Below are positions 5,929 to 14,403 of a DNA stretch of 18,984 nt, in pieces. The notes under the pieces were generated by a model. The model worked only from the letters and a program-made list of their open reading frames with translations. It was not told the origin of the DNA and searched no databases. The stretch's first letter is position 1. Every line of letters begins with the position of its first letter. The position numbers and the translations under genes were made by a program. The stretch is from a virus: the IMG/VR virus record IMGVR_UViG_3300044857_000116. The stretch is one strand, 5' to 3'.

Positions 5929-5949
5929 GATTATCAGAGAGGTATCGAC

Positions 5950-6306
5950 ATGGCGGACAACACTGAAAACATCGAGGACGAGGACGAGACCCCCAAGGAT
6001 GACGAGAACACGGGCGAGGATGAACAGCAGGAGGATGTCGAACCGGAGCGGAAAGAGCAGGAGTCAGACGAGGAGTCCGATCTCAGGCGGCAGGTCGATT
6101 CGCTGACCACTGATCTACAGGCTTGCCGCTCGACCATCGAGGAACTCGTCAAGACGGTTCAGGCCATGCAGGACAAGGCCGCCGACGACACTCTCGGCGG
6201 AGCGGACATTGAGGATTCGGAGGAACTCGGAGGAGACGACGGCGACGACGACCCCGATGGTGTAAACTTGACATTACAGGACATCATGACTCGAAAGGAT
6301 GATTAG
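5950..6306 (+). CDS. Scaffolding protein (phi29 gp7 position)
   Basis: 118 aa, extremely acidic (EDEDETPKDDENTGEDEQQEDVEPE...), with a helical heptad-like middle section. It lies immediately upstream of the capsid gene. Confidence 0.7.
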   Translation: MADNTENIEDEDETPKDDENTGEDEQQEDVEPERKEQESDEESDLRRQVDSLTTDLQACRSTIEELVKTVQAMQDKAADDTLGGADIEDSEELGGDDGDDDPDGVNLTLQDIMTRKDD

Positions 6307-6310
6307 TCTC

Positions 6311-8062
6311 ATGGCAGATAACGGCAAACAGGGCGACGAAAAACTGCGCCCACTCAACGAGCTTTCCAACGCACAGTTGCTGAACCTTGTGCGCAACGAG
6401 GCGTCCCCGATGTATCAGCAACGCATTGATTCCGCGACACAGGCCAACGTCAAGGAGACGATGGAGAACATGATGCGGTTCACTGCCACGCGAAACGAAT
6501 TTTACGATGTACTGGTGAATCGTATCGGCTCCACGTATGTCAATGCTTGGTCGTGGAACGATCCGCTTGCGATATTCAAGCGTAATACCATGCAGTACGG
6601 CGACACCTTGCAGGAGATTTCCGTGGGTATGCCCACGGCTCAGCTGTACGATCCGAACCAAGAGTATCTTGGACAGGATGCGTTCGGCACGTTCAAGGTC
6701 CCCATTAACTCGCTGTATCACAAGTTGAATCGACAGGTATTCTACCCGATAACCATCAATGACGCGCAGACCCGACAGGCGTTCACATCCGAGGGCGCGG
6801 GCATGGGACAACTGGTCACCCAGCTCATGCAGTCACAGCAGAACGCGGATCAGACGGACGAATTCCTGATGATCTGCTCGCTGTTCGCGGAATATGCGAG
6901 AATGGGCGGCTATTGGCGTGTCAATGTTCCCGACGTGGCGGATATGTCTTCCACTCAGGCCATGTCGCAGACGTTGCTCAGGTATATTCGCGCATGGATC
7001 GGTAATCTCAAATTCCCGTCCACGAAATACAATGCGCGGCACATGCCCATTTCGGTCAATGATCCGTCCGAACTTGTGTTGTTTACGACCCCTGAAGTCA
7101 AGTCGGGCTTGGATGTCATGGGCCTTGCTCAACTGTTCCATATGGAGCCTGCTGAGGTGGACGCGCAAATCATCGAACTGCCTGCTGAGAATTTTGGCAT
7201 GGATGGCGTTCAGGCGATTCTCACCACGAAATCGTTTCTGATGGTGTACGACAACATGCTGGAGAATACGTCACAGCGCAACAACGTGTCACTGGGAACG
7301 AACTTCTACCTGCATCATTGGCAGACGCTCAGCGTGTCCGGTTTCCAGCCCGCCATCCTGTTCTGGACAGGCCCCGCAACCGACGAGAGGATCGTTCGCC
7401 CGACCGGTGTCAAGGCGGCTACGCCCGTCATGCAACTCAAGCTCGGCAAGTACGGCGATCCCGATGTTGTTCCCACGTCCGCCGTTCGCGCGGAGCGCGT
7501 GCAGGTCTGGGCGGACATCTCCATTGCCAATGAGGATGAGGCATCATACACGGTCAAGGGCGTACAGTACTCTATCGGTACCACTGCCAAGACGCTGTCC
7601 GAGTTCACGCGGATCAACAACAACGGCGTACTGACCGTTGGCATGGACGAGCCGAACACCGAGATTCCGATTAACGCCACGGCAACCTATATCGATCCGG
7701 CGATACCCGAGGTAACCTCGGCGGTATCCGGTTCGTACAAGGTAAAGATCACCGGCGACGGCGTTATCGGCTTTGATCGAAGATTCGTAACCTCCATTAC
7801 GATCTTGGGAGCGCCCGACAACAAGACGGCAAAGGTCGGCGATACCGCCAAGCTCACCGTTCGAGGGAATATGTGGGGAAGCACGTCGGCGGACGCGGCA
7901 GTCGACCTTTCCGTGTTGAGCGCGTTTGAGTCCTCGGACGAAAGCGTGGCCACGGTTGACTCGGACGGCAACGTCAAGTACATCGCGGCGGGAAAGGTCA
8001 CGTTCAAGGCAACAGTGTTCATGAAGTCCAATAGCACCGACGAGATTACCGTCACTGCATGA
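6311..8062 (+). CDS. Major capsid protein with C-terminal Ig-like (Big_2-type) domain(s) (phi29 gp8-like)
   Basis: FLMVYDNMLENTSQRNNVSLGTNFYLHHWQTLSVSGF closely matches the recalled phi29 gp8 segment [37 protein letters not shown]. The C-terminus (..AKVGDTAKLTVRG....FESSDESVATVDSDGNVKYIAAGKVTFKATV..) has a Big_2 signature. An alternative start is ATG 6299. Confidence 0.92.
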   Translation: MADNGKQGDEKLRPLNELSNAQLLNLVRNEASPMYQQRIDSATQANVKETMENMMRFTATRNEFYDVLVNRIGSTYVNAWSWNDPLAIFKRNTMQYGDTLQEISVGMPTAQLYDPNQEYLGQDAFGTFKVPINSLYHKLNRQVFYPITINDAQTRQAFTSEGAGMGQLVTQLMQSQQNADQTDEFLMICSLFAEYARMGGYWRVNVPDVADMSSTQAMSQTLLRYIRAWIGNLKFPSTKYNARHMPISVNDPSELVLFTTPEVKSGLDVMGLAQLFHMEPAEVDAQIIELPAENFGMDGVQAILTTKSFLMVYDNMLENTSQRNNVSLGTNFYLHHWQTLSVSGFQPAILFWTGPATDERIVRPTGVKAATPVMQLKLGKYGDPDVVPTSAVRAERVQVWADISIANEDEASYTVKGVQYSIGTTAKTLSEFTRINNNGVLTVGMDEPNTEIPINATATYIDPAIPEVTSAVSGSYKVKITGDGVIGFDRRFVTSITILGAPDNKTAKVGDTAKLTVRGNMWGSTSADAAVDLSVLSAFESSDESVATVDSDGNVKYIAAGKVTFKATVFMKSNSTDEITVTA

Positions 8063-8085
8063 CACGATGGAGTGAGGTATAATCG

Positions 8086-8122
8086 AGCGAGACGGGCATG
8101 ATGTCCGTCTCGCTTTACTTTT
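8086..8122 (+). terminator. Rho-independent terminator candidate between the capsid and tail genes
   Basis: AGCGAGACGG (8086-8095) pairs with CCGTCTCGCT (8105-8114), followed by TTTACTTTT. Confidence 0.7.
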
Positions 8123-8133
8123 GGAGGATACGC

Positions 8134-10314
8134 ATGTCACAGGCTTTCGATCAGGAACAGGGCTTCAGTTGGGCGCAATGGACACCGAACACCAAAATCA
8201 TGCTCTGCAACGTGCCATGGGATAGCTCGTACAGGGACCTTGTGCGATTCGATTCTGAGCAGGACAGGGACTCGTGGTTCCAGTCGCTGAGTGAGACGAA
8301 AACGGTAAGCCATGCCGTCATGGCGAAGTTCGGCGCTCCGGTACGTTTGGAGATACCGTTCAATCAGGCATCCAAATACAATTACATGGTGGTGTACAAT
8401 GATTATCCGTCGCTGGAGGTTCCTCGAAGATGGTTCTATTTCGTACAGGCGGTGTCCTACGTTAACGCCTATACTACCGAGTTCGTGGTCATGCTGGATC
8501 TGTGGACATCGTTCCAGTTCGACGTGCATTTTGGCCGCTGTTTTGTCGAGCGGGGGCATATCGGCATAGCCAACGAAAACGCCATGCAGGACAATGGCCG
8601 CGCAAACCTCGATATACCGGAGGGGATGGACGTCGGGTCGGATGGCGTGATAGTCGATGATGTATGCACTACGTGGATGAGCAATGCGAGTCAATATACG
8701 GCAGGTGTGCTTGTGGTGTCTACTACGGCCCTGGAGGATAATCCGGGTACGGACGCGGCACCCGTGGTCCATACGGCCAAAGGCGTCGACGGCCCGTTGC
8801 CCAATGGCACGAGTTCATACTATTTCCCCAGCCCCGCCGAGTTCGGTAGATTTATGAACGTGGCATCTCAGTATCCGCTGGTGACTCAGGGGATCGTGGC
8901 CGTGTTCATCATTCCCCATATTTGGAGTACGCTATCAGGGAGGGTCAATCCGTTCGACAATGCTTCTGCGGGGGTCGAGATGTATCGCATGTACGGCGAT
9001 CTTGTTGACTCTCAGGACTTCATGAAGCAGGAGAATTTCCGCGATCTGTTCATGAAAAGTCTGAACGAAAGATATGCCAAACTAAGCAAGTTTTCAACAT
9101 ATCCGTACGCCTACATTGAACTCACCATGCAGACAGGTAGCAGTCTCATTATCAAACCGCAATTCGTTTACGACAACGATCTGAAAATACAGCAAAGCTC
9201 CATCTACGCGGCCCCACAGCCTAGAGCGACATTCCGTCCACTCAACTACATGGGCCAGGAAACTTCATCCTACGCCGGGGCGGAGCAGTTCAACGCCGCG
9301 ATAGGGTTCTCCGATTTTCCGCGTCTCGCCGTGGTCAACAATGGCACGATAGCCTATCTGCAATCCACTGCCTACAGTCGCGCCTACGCCCGCGAGTCCG
9401 CCGACTGGTCACAGTCCAAGACACAGATGGGCATCAACAATGCACTGGCACTGAATAACATCGGCATGAATTACAACACGTCATCCAATAATCTGGCTAT
9501 GGGCAATCGCAATGCCATGACCAACATCGCCAACAGCGCCACAATCACTCAGACAGGCATAGATCAGGCTCAAATGGCATTCAACAATCGCATGGCGCAG
9601 ATCAATGCCGTGGGAACAGGCGTCACGGGCGTGGCCACCGGCATTGCCACGGGCAACGCTGCGGGAGCTGTCGGATCAGCGGTGGGGGCCGGCTTGCAGG
9701 TATATTCCAACCAACAGGCCTACGACCAGAACATCAGAACATCCAACGCAACGATGGCCAACAATCTCAACGCATCGGGAGCCACGAACTCACAGGCGAA
9801 CACATACAGCCGTAGCACCACGAGCTTGCAGAATTCCACAAGTCAGGCCACGGCGGATACGAACGCAGCCTATGCGACAGCCGCCATGCAAGGGGATTAC
9901 GCCAACACCATCGCCGGAATAAACGCTCAGGTACAGAGCGCCAACACGGTACAGCCCTCAATGAGCGGATCAGCGGGCGGAGAGTCTCTCATGTATTCGA
10001 CCAATAAGCTCATGGTGCACCTGAGATTCAAACGGCTTTCGGACTCGGCAATGCGCAACATAGGCGAGTTCTGGCTTCGATACGGCTACTATGTCCAGCG
10101 TTTTATCGTACCGCCCGAAAATCTCCGGTGCATGAGCAAATTCACGTATTGGAAAATGCATGAAACATACCTATCCTCCACCACATGCCCCGAAGAGTAT
10201 CGGATGGCGATTCGTGGTATATTCGAGAAAGGCGTGACGGTATGGGCAAAGCCGGAGTATATCGGCATGACGGACTATGCGGACAACGACAAGATCGCCG
10301 GAATCAGCTATTAG
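8134..10314 (+). CDS. Tail knob / distal tube protein (phi29 gp9-like)
   Basis: The ATG follows GGAGG (8123-8127). The N-terminus (NVPWDSSYRD..RRWFYFVQAVSYVNAYTTEFVVMLDLWTSFQFDVHFGRCFVERGH) and C-terminus (FWLRYGYYVQR..IRGIFEKGVTVWAKPEYIG) parallel recalled gp9 segments ([76 protein letters not shown]). Confidence 0.9.
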   Translation: MSQAFDQEQGFSWAQWTPNTKIMLCNVPWDSSYRDLVRFDSEQDRDSWFQSLSETKTVSHAVMAKFGAPVRLEIPFNQASKYNYMVVYNDYPSLEVPRRWFYFVQAVSYVNAYTTEFVVMLDLWTSFQFDVHFGRCFVERGHIGIANENAMQDNGRANLDIPEGMDVGSDGVIVDDVCTTWMSNASQYTAGVLVVSTTALEDNPGTDAAPVVHTAKGVDGPLPNGTSSYYFPSPAEFGRFMNVASQYPLVTQGIVAVFIIPHIWSTLSGRVNPFDNASAGVEMYRMYGDLVDSQDFMKQENFRDLFMKSLNERYAKLSKFSTYPYAYIELTMQTGSSLIIKPQFVYDNDLKIQQSSIYAAPQPRATFRPLNYMGQETSSYAGAEQFNAAIGFSDFPRLAVVNNGTIAYLQSTAYSRAYARESADWSQSKTQMGINNALALNNIGMNYNTSSNNLAMGNRNAMTNIANSATITQTGIDQAQMAFNNRMAQINAVGTGVTGVATGIATGNAAGAVGSAVGAGLQVYSNQQAYDQNIRTSNATMANNLNASGATNSQANTYSRSTTSLQNSTSQATADTNAAYATAAMQGDYANTIAGINAQVQSANTVQPSMSGSAGGESLMYSTNKLMVHLRFKRLSDSAMRNIGEFWLRYGYYVQRFIVPPENLRCMSKFTYWKMHETYLSSTTCPEEYRMAIRGIFEKGVTVWAKPEYIGMTDYADNDKIAGISY

Positions 10315-10324
10315 GGAGAGCCAT

Positions 10325-11254
10325 ATGAGTCGGAGACAGGACAAGCTCAATCGAGCTAACTACAATTACGAGAATTTCATGCCACGCAACGGCAAGAAAC
10401 TTCGACGCGGCAATTACATGGAATACAGTCAGTTCAGGCGCGTCCGCATGTACTATCAGCTATTGCAGATGCTGTGCGTGACTCGCTTTACTTGGACAGG
10501 ACTACCGTCTGAAATAGATGAAAGGTTCCTAGAGATAACTCTGTTCCAGTCGCAGATGGCGCTCTTTTTCCGAGACCTGTCTATTGGCAGGTATATGGCT
10601 ACACAGGCTAATTTCGCGGGTTCTATGAACCCATATCTCAACCCCACCGTTTTTCAACCATATGGCACGGGGTACCATTACAAGCAACTGGGGCCAAAGG
10701 AGTGCGTGCCCATATGGGATAATGTTCTCCGAGTGAGCATGTTTGATTTGCTGGAAGTGTATGCGGAGCGTTTGGCCCGACTCGACAGGTCTCTCGACGT
10801 AAACATCGACAACACGAACATCCCGCTGATTATATCGTGCGACGAAAAACAGAAACTTACCGTGATGAACGCGCTGAGACAGCGACAGGATGGCGAACCG
10901 GCCATACTCACCTATGATTCTCTCGATGTACAAGGGATGATCCAATCGTTCCCGAACGTCACGCCATTCAATGCAGACAAACTGCTGAACGCCAAGGCTC
11001 AGGTCATGAACGAGGCGCTGAGTTTTCTCGGTATACAGAACAGCAACACCGAGAAGAAAGAACGTCTCATTACCGACGAGGTGGACGCGGGAAGTGAACG
11101 TGTGGACATCTACAGGGCCGGATACCTCAAGTCACGGCAACAGGCGTGCGATCAGATTAACCGACTGTTCAAACTCAATGTGGGCGTGAATTGGGCTGAT
11201 CCTGATAGCGGGGGGATCATCGACGTACAGCAGGGAGGTAGCGAGAGTGAGTGA
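10325..11254 (+). CDS. Portal / head-tail connector (phi29 gp10-like)
   Basis: 309 aa from ATG 10325, preceded by GGGAG. DKLLNAKAQVMNEALSFLGIQNSNTEKKERLITDEVDAGSE..YLKSRQQACDQINRLFKLNVGVNW parallels recalled gp10 ([60 protein letters not shown]). Confidence 0.93.
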   Translation: MSRRQDKLNRANYNYENFMPRNGKKLRRGNYMEYSQFRRVRMYYQLLQMLCVTRFTWTGLPSEIDERFLEITLFQSQMALFFRDLSIGRYMATQANFAGSMNPYLNPTVFQPYGTGYHYKQLGPKECVPIWDNVLRVSMFDLLEVYAERLARLDRSLDVNIDNTNIPLIISCDEKQKLTVMNALRQRQDGEPAILTYDSLDVQGMIQSFPNVTPFNADKLLNAKAQVMNEALSFLGIQNSNTEKKERLITDEVDAGSERVDIYRAGYLKSRQQACDQINRLFKLNVGVNWADPDSGGIIDVQQGGSESE

Positions 11255-12056
11255 GTCACACGAGTTTCAGGAATTTGCCATGCCGGGCGATAAGGGCGAT
11301 TACACCATGACACTAGGGGAGATTATAGCACTGGGCCACGACAATGCCGAGGAATTGCACTTGGACTCGGCTCATTATCCCATATTCGACGAGAACTACA
11401 GGGCGCAGCTCAATCGCAAGATTGTCCAGCATTTCGCATTAAGGGAGATTGGAGCCGAGACGTTCGAGATGTTTAGGTTCTATCTCGGCAGGACCATGGA
11501 CGAGAACATGTCCTATTTCAATCAGCTGTATCTCACCACGCGCATGGATATAGACCCACTGTCCACCATCAACGTCAAAAGCCTGGGCGACAGCGACAGC
11601 ACGGCACAATCATCCAGCAAGGCCAACGGCACTCAGGATACGGCATCGGAGGGCAGCTCGACAACGGGTTCCAAAAGCACCACATCCTCCGAGTCGTATG
11701 ATTCGGAGGTTCCTCAGACGGGTATGGAGGATAATTTCGAGCGTTACGCCACGCATGCCAACAAAAGCTTGGCCAATACCAATAACGACACGACATCATC
11801 ATCCACGGGCAGCAATCACTCCACAACTCAATCCAACAACGAATACGAACACAGCAATGTGAGCGGGAAAAGCACGTCACAGCAGACGGGCTACAGTGGC
11901 ATGTCGCCCGCTGATCTGATAGTCGCCTATCGCAGGGCGATGCTCAACATCGACATGGATGTAATAAACTCGCTTGAATCGTGCTTCATGGGCGTTCATA
12001 CCGGCTATGATGCTATGATGACAGGGAACATAGGAGGAATGTATTATGGTATCTGA
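11247..12056 (+). CDS. Lower collar protein (phi29 gp11-like)
   Basis: GTG start 8 nt after GGGAGG. HYPIFDENYRAQLNRKIVQHFALREIGAETFEMFRFYL..YFNQLY is the N-terminal signature I associate with lower-collar proteins of phi29-like and staphylococcal podoviruses. It lies directly after the portal gene. The middle of the protein is Ser/Thr-rich and low in complexity. Confidence 0.75.
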   Translation: MSESHEFQEFAMPGDKGDYTMTLGEIIALGHDNAEELHLDSAHYPIFDENYRAQLNRKIVQHFALREIGAETFEMFRFYLGRTMDENMSYFNQLYLTTRMDIDPLSTINVKSLGDSDSTAQSSSKANGTQDTASEGSSTTGSKSTTSSESYDSEVPQTGMEDNFERYATHANKSLANTNNDTTSSSTGSNHSTTQSNNEYEHSNVSGKSTSQQTGYSGMSPADLIVAYRRAMLNIDMDVINSLESCFMGVHTGYDAMMTGNIGGMYYGI

Positions 12057-12579
12057 CGTAACCAATGATCCACAGAGAATGTGGCCATATTTCAGGGGAG
12101 AGAACTCCCCTACCGTTTCCAGCGTGCCGTTCACGTTCCGCGACGGGATTACCACGATGGAGAAAATGGAGGAACTCGCGCACATGTTTCGCCATCTGTG
12201 TGAGGTGTGGACTCAGTATCAGGAAAACATGAAAGACTGGGCGGACGAGACTCAGAAAGACCTTGCGGACGAGCAAGAGGCTTATGAAAAGTCCGTGAAC
12301 TCGCGGCTTGACGATATGTTGTCCATTATTCAAGGGCTGTATAAGGGCGTATTCGAATACAATCCCACCACGGGGGCTTATGAGAACACTCAAAAGGTTC
12401 AGCGCGACATGTTCAGGAATCTCTCTGTGTTCGGTGCGCGTGTGGATCAGATGGCTACACTGACCTGCGAGGAGGCGGCCAAGCATACCGCTCAGGAGAC
12501 GTCCGTGATAGGCAATGTCAGCATATTCGGCAACACGGCTCCAAGGGTTACGCCCGTTTCAGGAGGGGAACAGTCATGA
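12046..12579 (+). CDS. Hypothetical structural-module protein, 177 aa (coiled-coil-like middle section)
   Basis: ORF-track entry with an ATG after AGGAGG. It lies between the collar and tail-appendage genes. I recognise no family. Confidence 0.7.
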   Translation: MVSDVTNDPQRMWPYFRGENSPTVSSVPFTFRDGITTMEKMEELAHMFRHLCEVWTQYQENMKDWADETQKDLADEQEAYEKSVNSRLDDMLSIIQGLYKGVFEYNPTTGAYENTQKVQRDMFRNLSVFGARVDQMATLTCEEAAKHTAQETSVIGNVSIFGNTAPRVTPVSGGEQS

Positions 12580-12728
12580 AGAGCACGCCGTTTTACCATC
12601 TGCCCTTATATGAGGATGCCGACGCGCAGGACCTCAGAGACGGGTATAATAATGCCATGATCCTCATGGATCAGAAACTTCATCAGATCGACAACATCAT
12701 ACAAGACATGAAGAACGGAGTCAAGTAA
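12576..12728 (+). CDS. Small protein, 50 aa, carrying a tail-fibre N-terminal anchor-like motif
   Basis: Hand-translated: MKSTPFYHLPLYEDADAQDLRDGYNNAMILMDQKLHQIDNIIQDMKNGVK, stop TAA at 12726-12728. AGGAGG (12561-12566) is 9 nt upstream, and the ATG overlaps the upstream TGA. It aligns with the N-terminus of the next gene (NYGLDLYGDKDPADLRDGHNANMRSIDGVIKEQ). Confidence 0.55.
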   Translation: MKSTPFYHLPLYEDADAQDLRDGYNNAMILMDQKLHQIDNIIQDMKNGVK

Positions 12729-12729
12729 C

Positions 12730-14403
12730 ATGGGAGCAGTATACAGCAAGACGGATAACTACGGACTCGACCTCTATGGCGATAAAGATCCCGCCGACCT
12801 CAGAGACGGGCATAACGCCAACATGCGTTCCATAGACGGCGTTATCAAGGAGCAATCAGACTCGATTTCCGAGGTACGGAAGACAGCGGAAGCTGCGGCT
12901 CCCCAAAACACCACATACAACAAAACTGAAATAGACGATTTTTTAACAAAAAAGGCAGATTCTGAGGGAACAGTTTTATCACTGAGTCTAAAGGCTGACA
13001 AGAAAACAATAGAAAAAACGGGCAATGTCGTGGCCCTAGGCATCGACAATTCAGGGGAAAACGATATATCCTCTAGCGTAAACGAATTGATACAAAGCGG
13101 CGAATATATGGGATTATACTTTCCTCAGGGTACGTATTTACTTTCTGATAAAATATCCGTCAATATCAAAACAGGAAGTTCATTTTCCATATTTGCATCA
13201 CCATCTGCAAGATTTATCGCACAGACTGACAATATGCCCGAAATGTTGTATGTAGAAGCGATAAACTGGACGGGAACGCGATTCGTGCTAGACGGCGGTA
13301 TTTGGGATGCTAATAGAAAAGCGTTGCGATGTATAAAAGTAAAAACAAACTATGACGCAATCATGAGAAATATGCAATTATTAAACGCCATAGATACGGC
13401 GCTAGACAATTCAGAAGCCACTTGCGTAATGGCTGACAATATAGACATCTGGGGCGGTAAATGGAATGATGATACAAGCAATAAGACACGAACGGGCATC
13501 GACAGCCATCATGATTCACAGTATAATCACATTAGAGTATTTTTCTGTGATATCGGGATAAAACATAGGGGGTATTCACAATTTTCTGACATATATATAT
13601 ATGGAGGTACTAATCAGTCAAACAGGATTACTGTTGGATTTAATTGCATGCAGTCTTCCAGCGAACTTCAAATACATGATATATATATGGATACTCTACA
13701 AACCTATTTTTCGGCTGATTCTGGAGTAGATCACTGCAATTATTTTGGGAATGGTCTATTTGCATATCTTAATAATACGGAAATATTGGAGGGTTCAAAC
13801 TGCACGATCTTCAAAACAGGCCCAACTACGCTACTTAATGTGTCTGGGATGAGGATAAGGATACCTATCCATTATATGTTTTCTGATTTTTACTTTCTCA
13901 ACCCATTTAGTATCAATTTACTAAACAGCAGAGAGATTAATTTTTCCAATATTCTGGACATTAATCACCTATTGAATTCAAACAATATGGCAACATATCA
14001 CAATTGGACGAAAATATCAGACGGTACTCCAATAACAAGCGGACAATGTATTAAAATATGCTGCATTCCAGCATCTAATCAAATACATAAAATTAAAATC
14101 ACAAACTCATATCACTCCAGAGAATTTGAAATAATGGCAGACAAAAACTCAGGTGGCAGAGTTGTTTCAGAAAGGGCATTATTTAATGGTGACTCGATAG
14201 AGTTTTATTCCAAGATTTCCTCAGATAACTCTACTAGAGAAATTTATCTCTCAAACGACGGTACAAGCACGTTTGCAGATTCAACTTTCTTCATCGAATT
14301 TACCGAAAGTGCAGTTTTTAATCAAGGGGCGTACTCTGATAAAGTAGGGTCAGTCAATGTTCCTACAGCAAAAACATCGGACATGACAGTAATGAGTAAA
14401 TAA
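12730..14403 (+). CDS. Tail appendage / fibre, probable receptor-binding or depolymerase protein with beta-helix domain (phi29 gp12 position)
   Basis: 557 aa. It has an N-terminal anchor motif. The segment GENDISSSVNELIQSGEYMGLYFPQGTYLLSDKISV resembles the start of pectate-lyase-superfamily beta-helix domains. It occupies the gp12 position between the collar and the tail lysin. Confidence 0.75.
   Translation: MGAVYSKTDNYGLDLYGDKDPADLRDGHNANMRSIDGVIKEQSDSISEVRKTAEAAAPQNTTYNKTEIDDFLTKKADSEGTVLSLSLKADKKTIEKTGNVVALGIDNSGENDISSSVNELIQSGEYMGLYFPQGTYLLSDKISVNIKTGSSFSIFASPSARFIAQTDNMPEMLYVEAINWTGTRFVLDGGIWDANRKALRCIKVKTNYDAIMRNMQLLNAIDTALDNSEATCVMADNIDIWGGKWNDDTSNKTRTGIDSHHDSQYNHIRVFFCDIGIKHRGYSQFSDIYIYGGTNQSNRITVGFNCMQSSSELQIHDIYMDTLQTYFSADSGVDHCNYFGNGLFAYLNNTEILEGSNCTIFKTGPTTLLNVSGMRIRIPIHYMFSDFYFLNPFSINLLNSREINFSNILDINHLLNSNNMATYHNWTKISDGTPITSGQCIKICCIPASNQIHKIKITNSYHSREFEIMADKNSGGRVVSERALFNGDSIEFYSKISSDNSTREIYLSNDGTSTFADSTFFIEFTESAVFNQGAYSDKVGSVNVPTAKTSDMTVMSK

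Noticed and set aside
5852-6106. Track ORF of 84 aa overlapping the scaffold gene in another frame
   Set aside because: It is an Arg/Ser/Thr-rich off-frame translation of the GA-rich acidic scaffold gene and has no RBS.
8078-8083. Perfect TATAAT hexamer upstream of the tail knob gene
   Set aside because: There is no acceptable -35 or TGn at the proper spacing. The transcript would start inside the terminator hairpin, so this is probably fortuitous.
6284-8772. Long antisense ORFs (6284..6811, 7544..8140, 7687..8055, 8137..8772 on the - strand)
   Set aside because: They lie entirely inside well-supported + strand structural genes. They lack SD sequences and have Arg/His/Gly-rich shadow-ORF composition, as expected opposite GC-rich coding DNA.
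9605-9922. Track ORF of 105 aa (Pro/Arg-rich) inside the tail knob gene
   Set aside because: It is an off-frame product of the low-complexity N/Q/S/T/A region, with no RBS. The host-frame protein aligns with gp9 across this segment.
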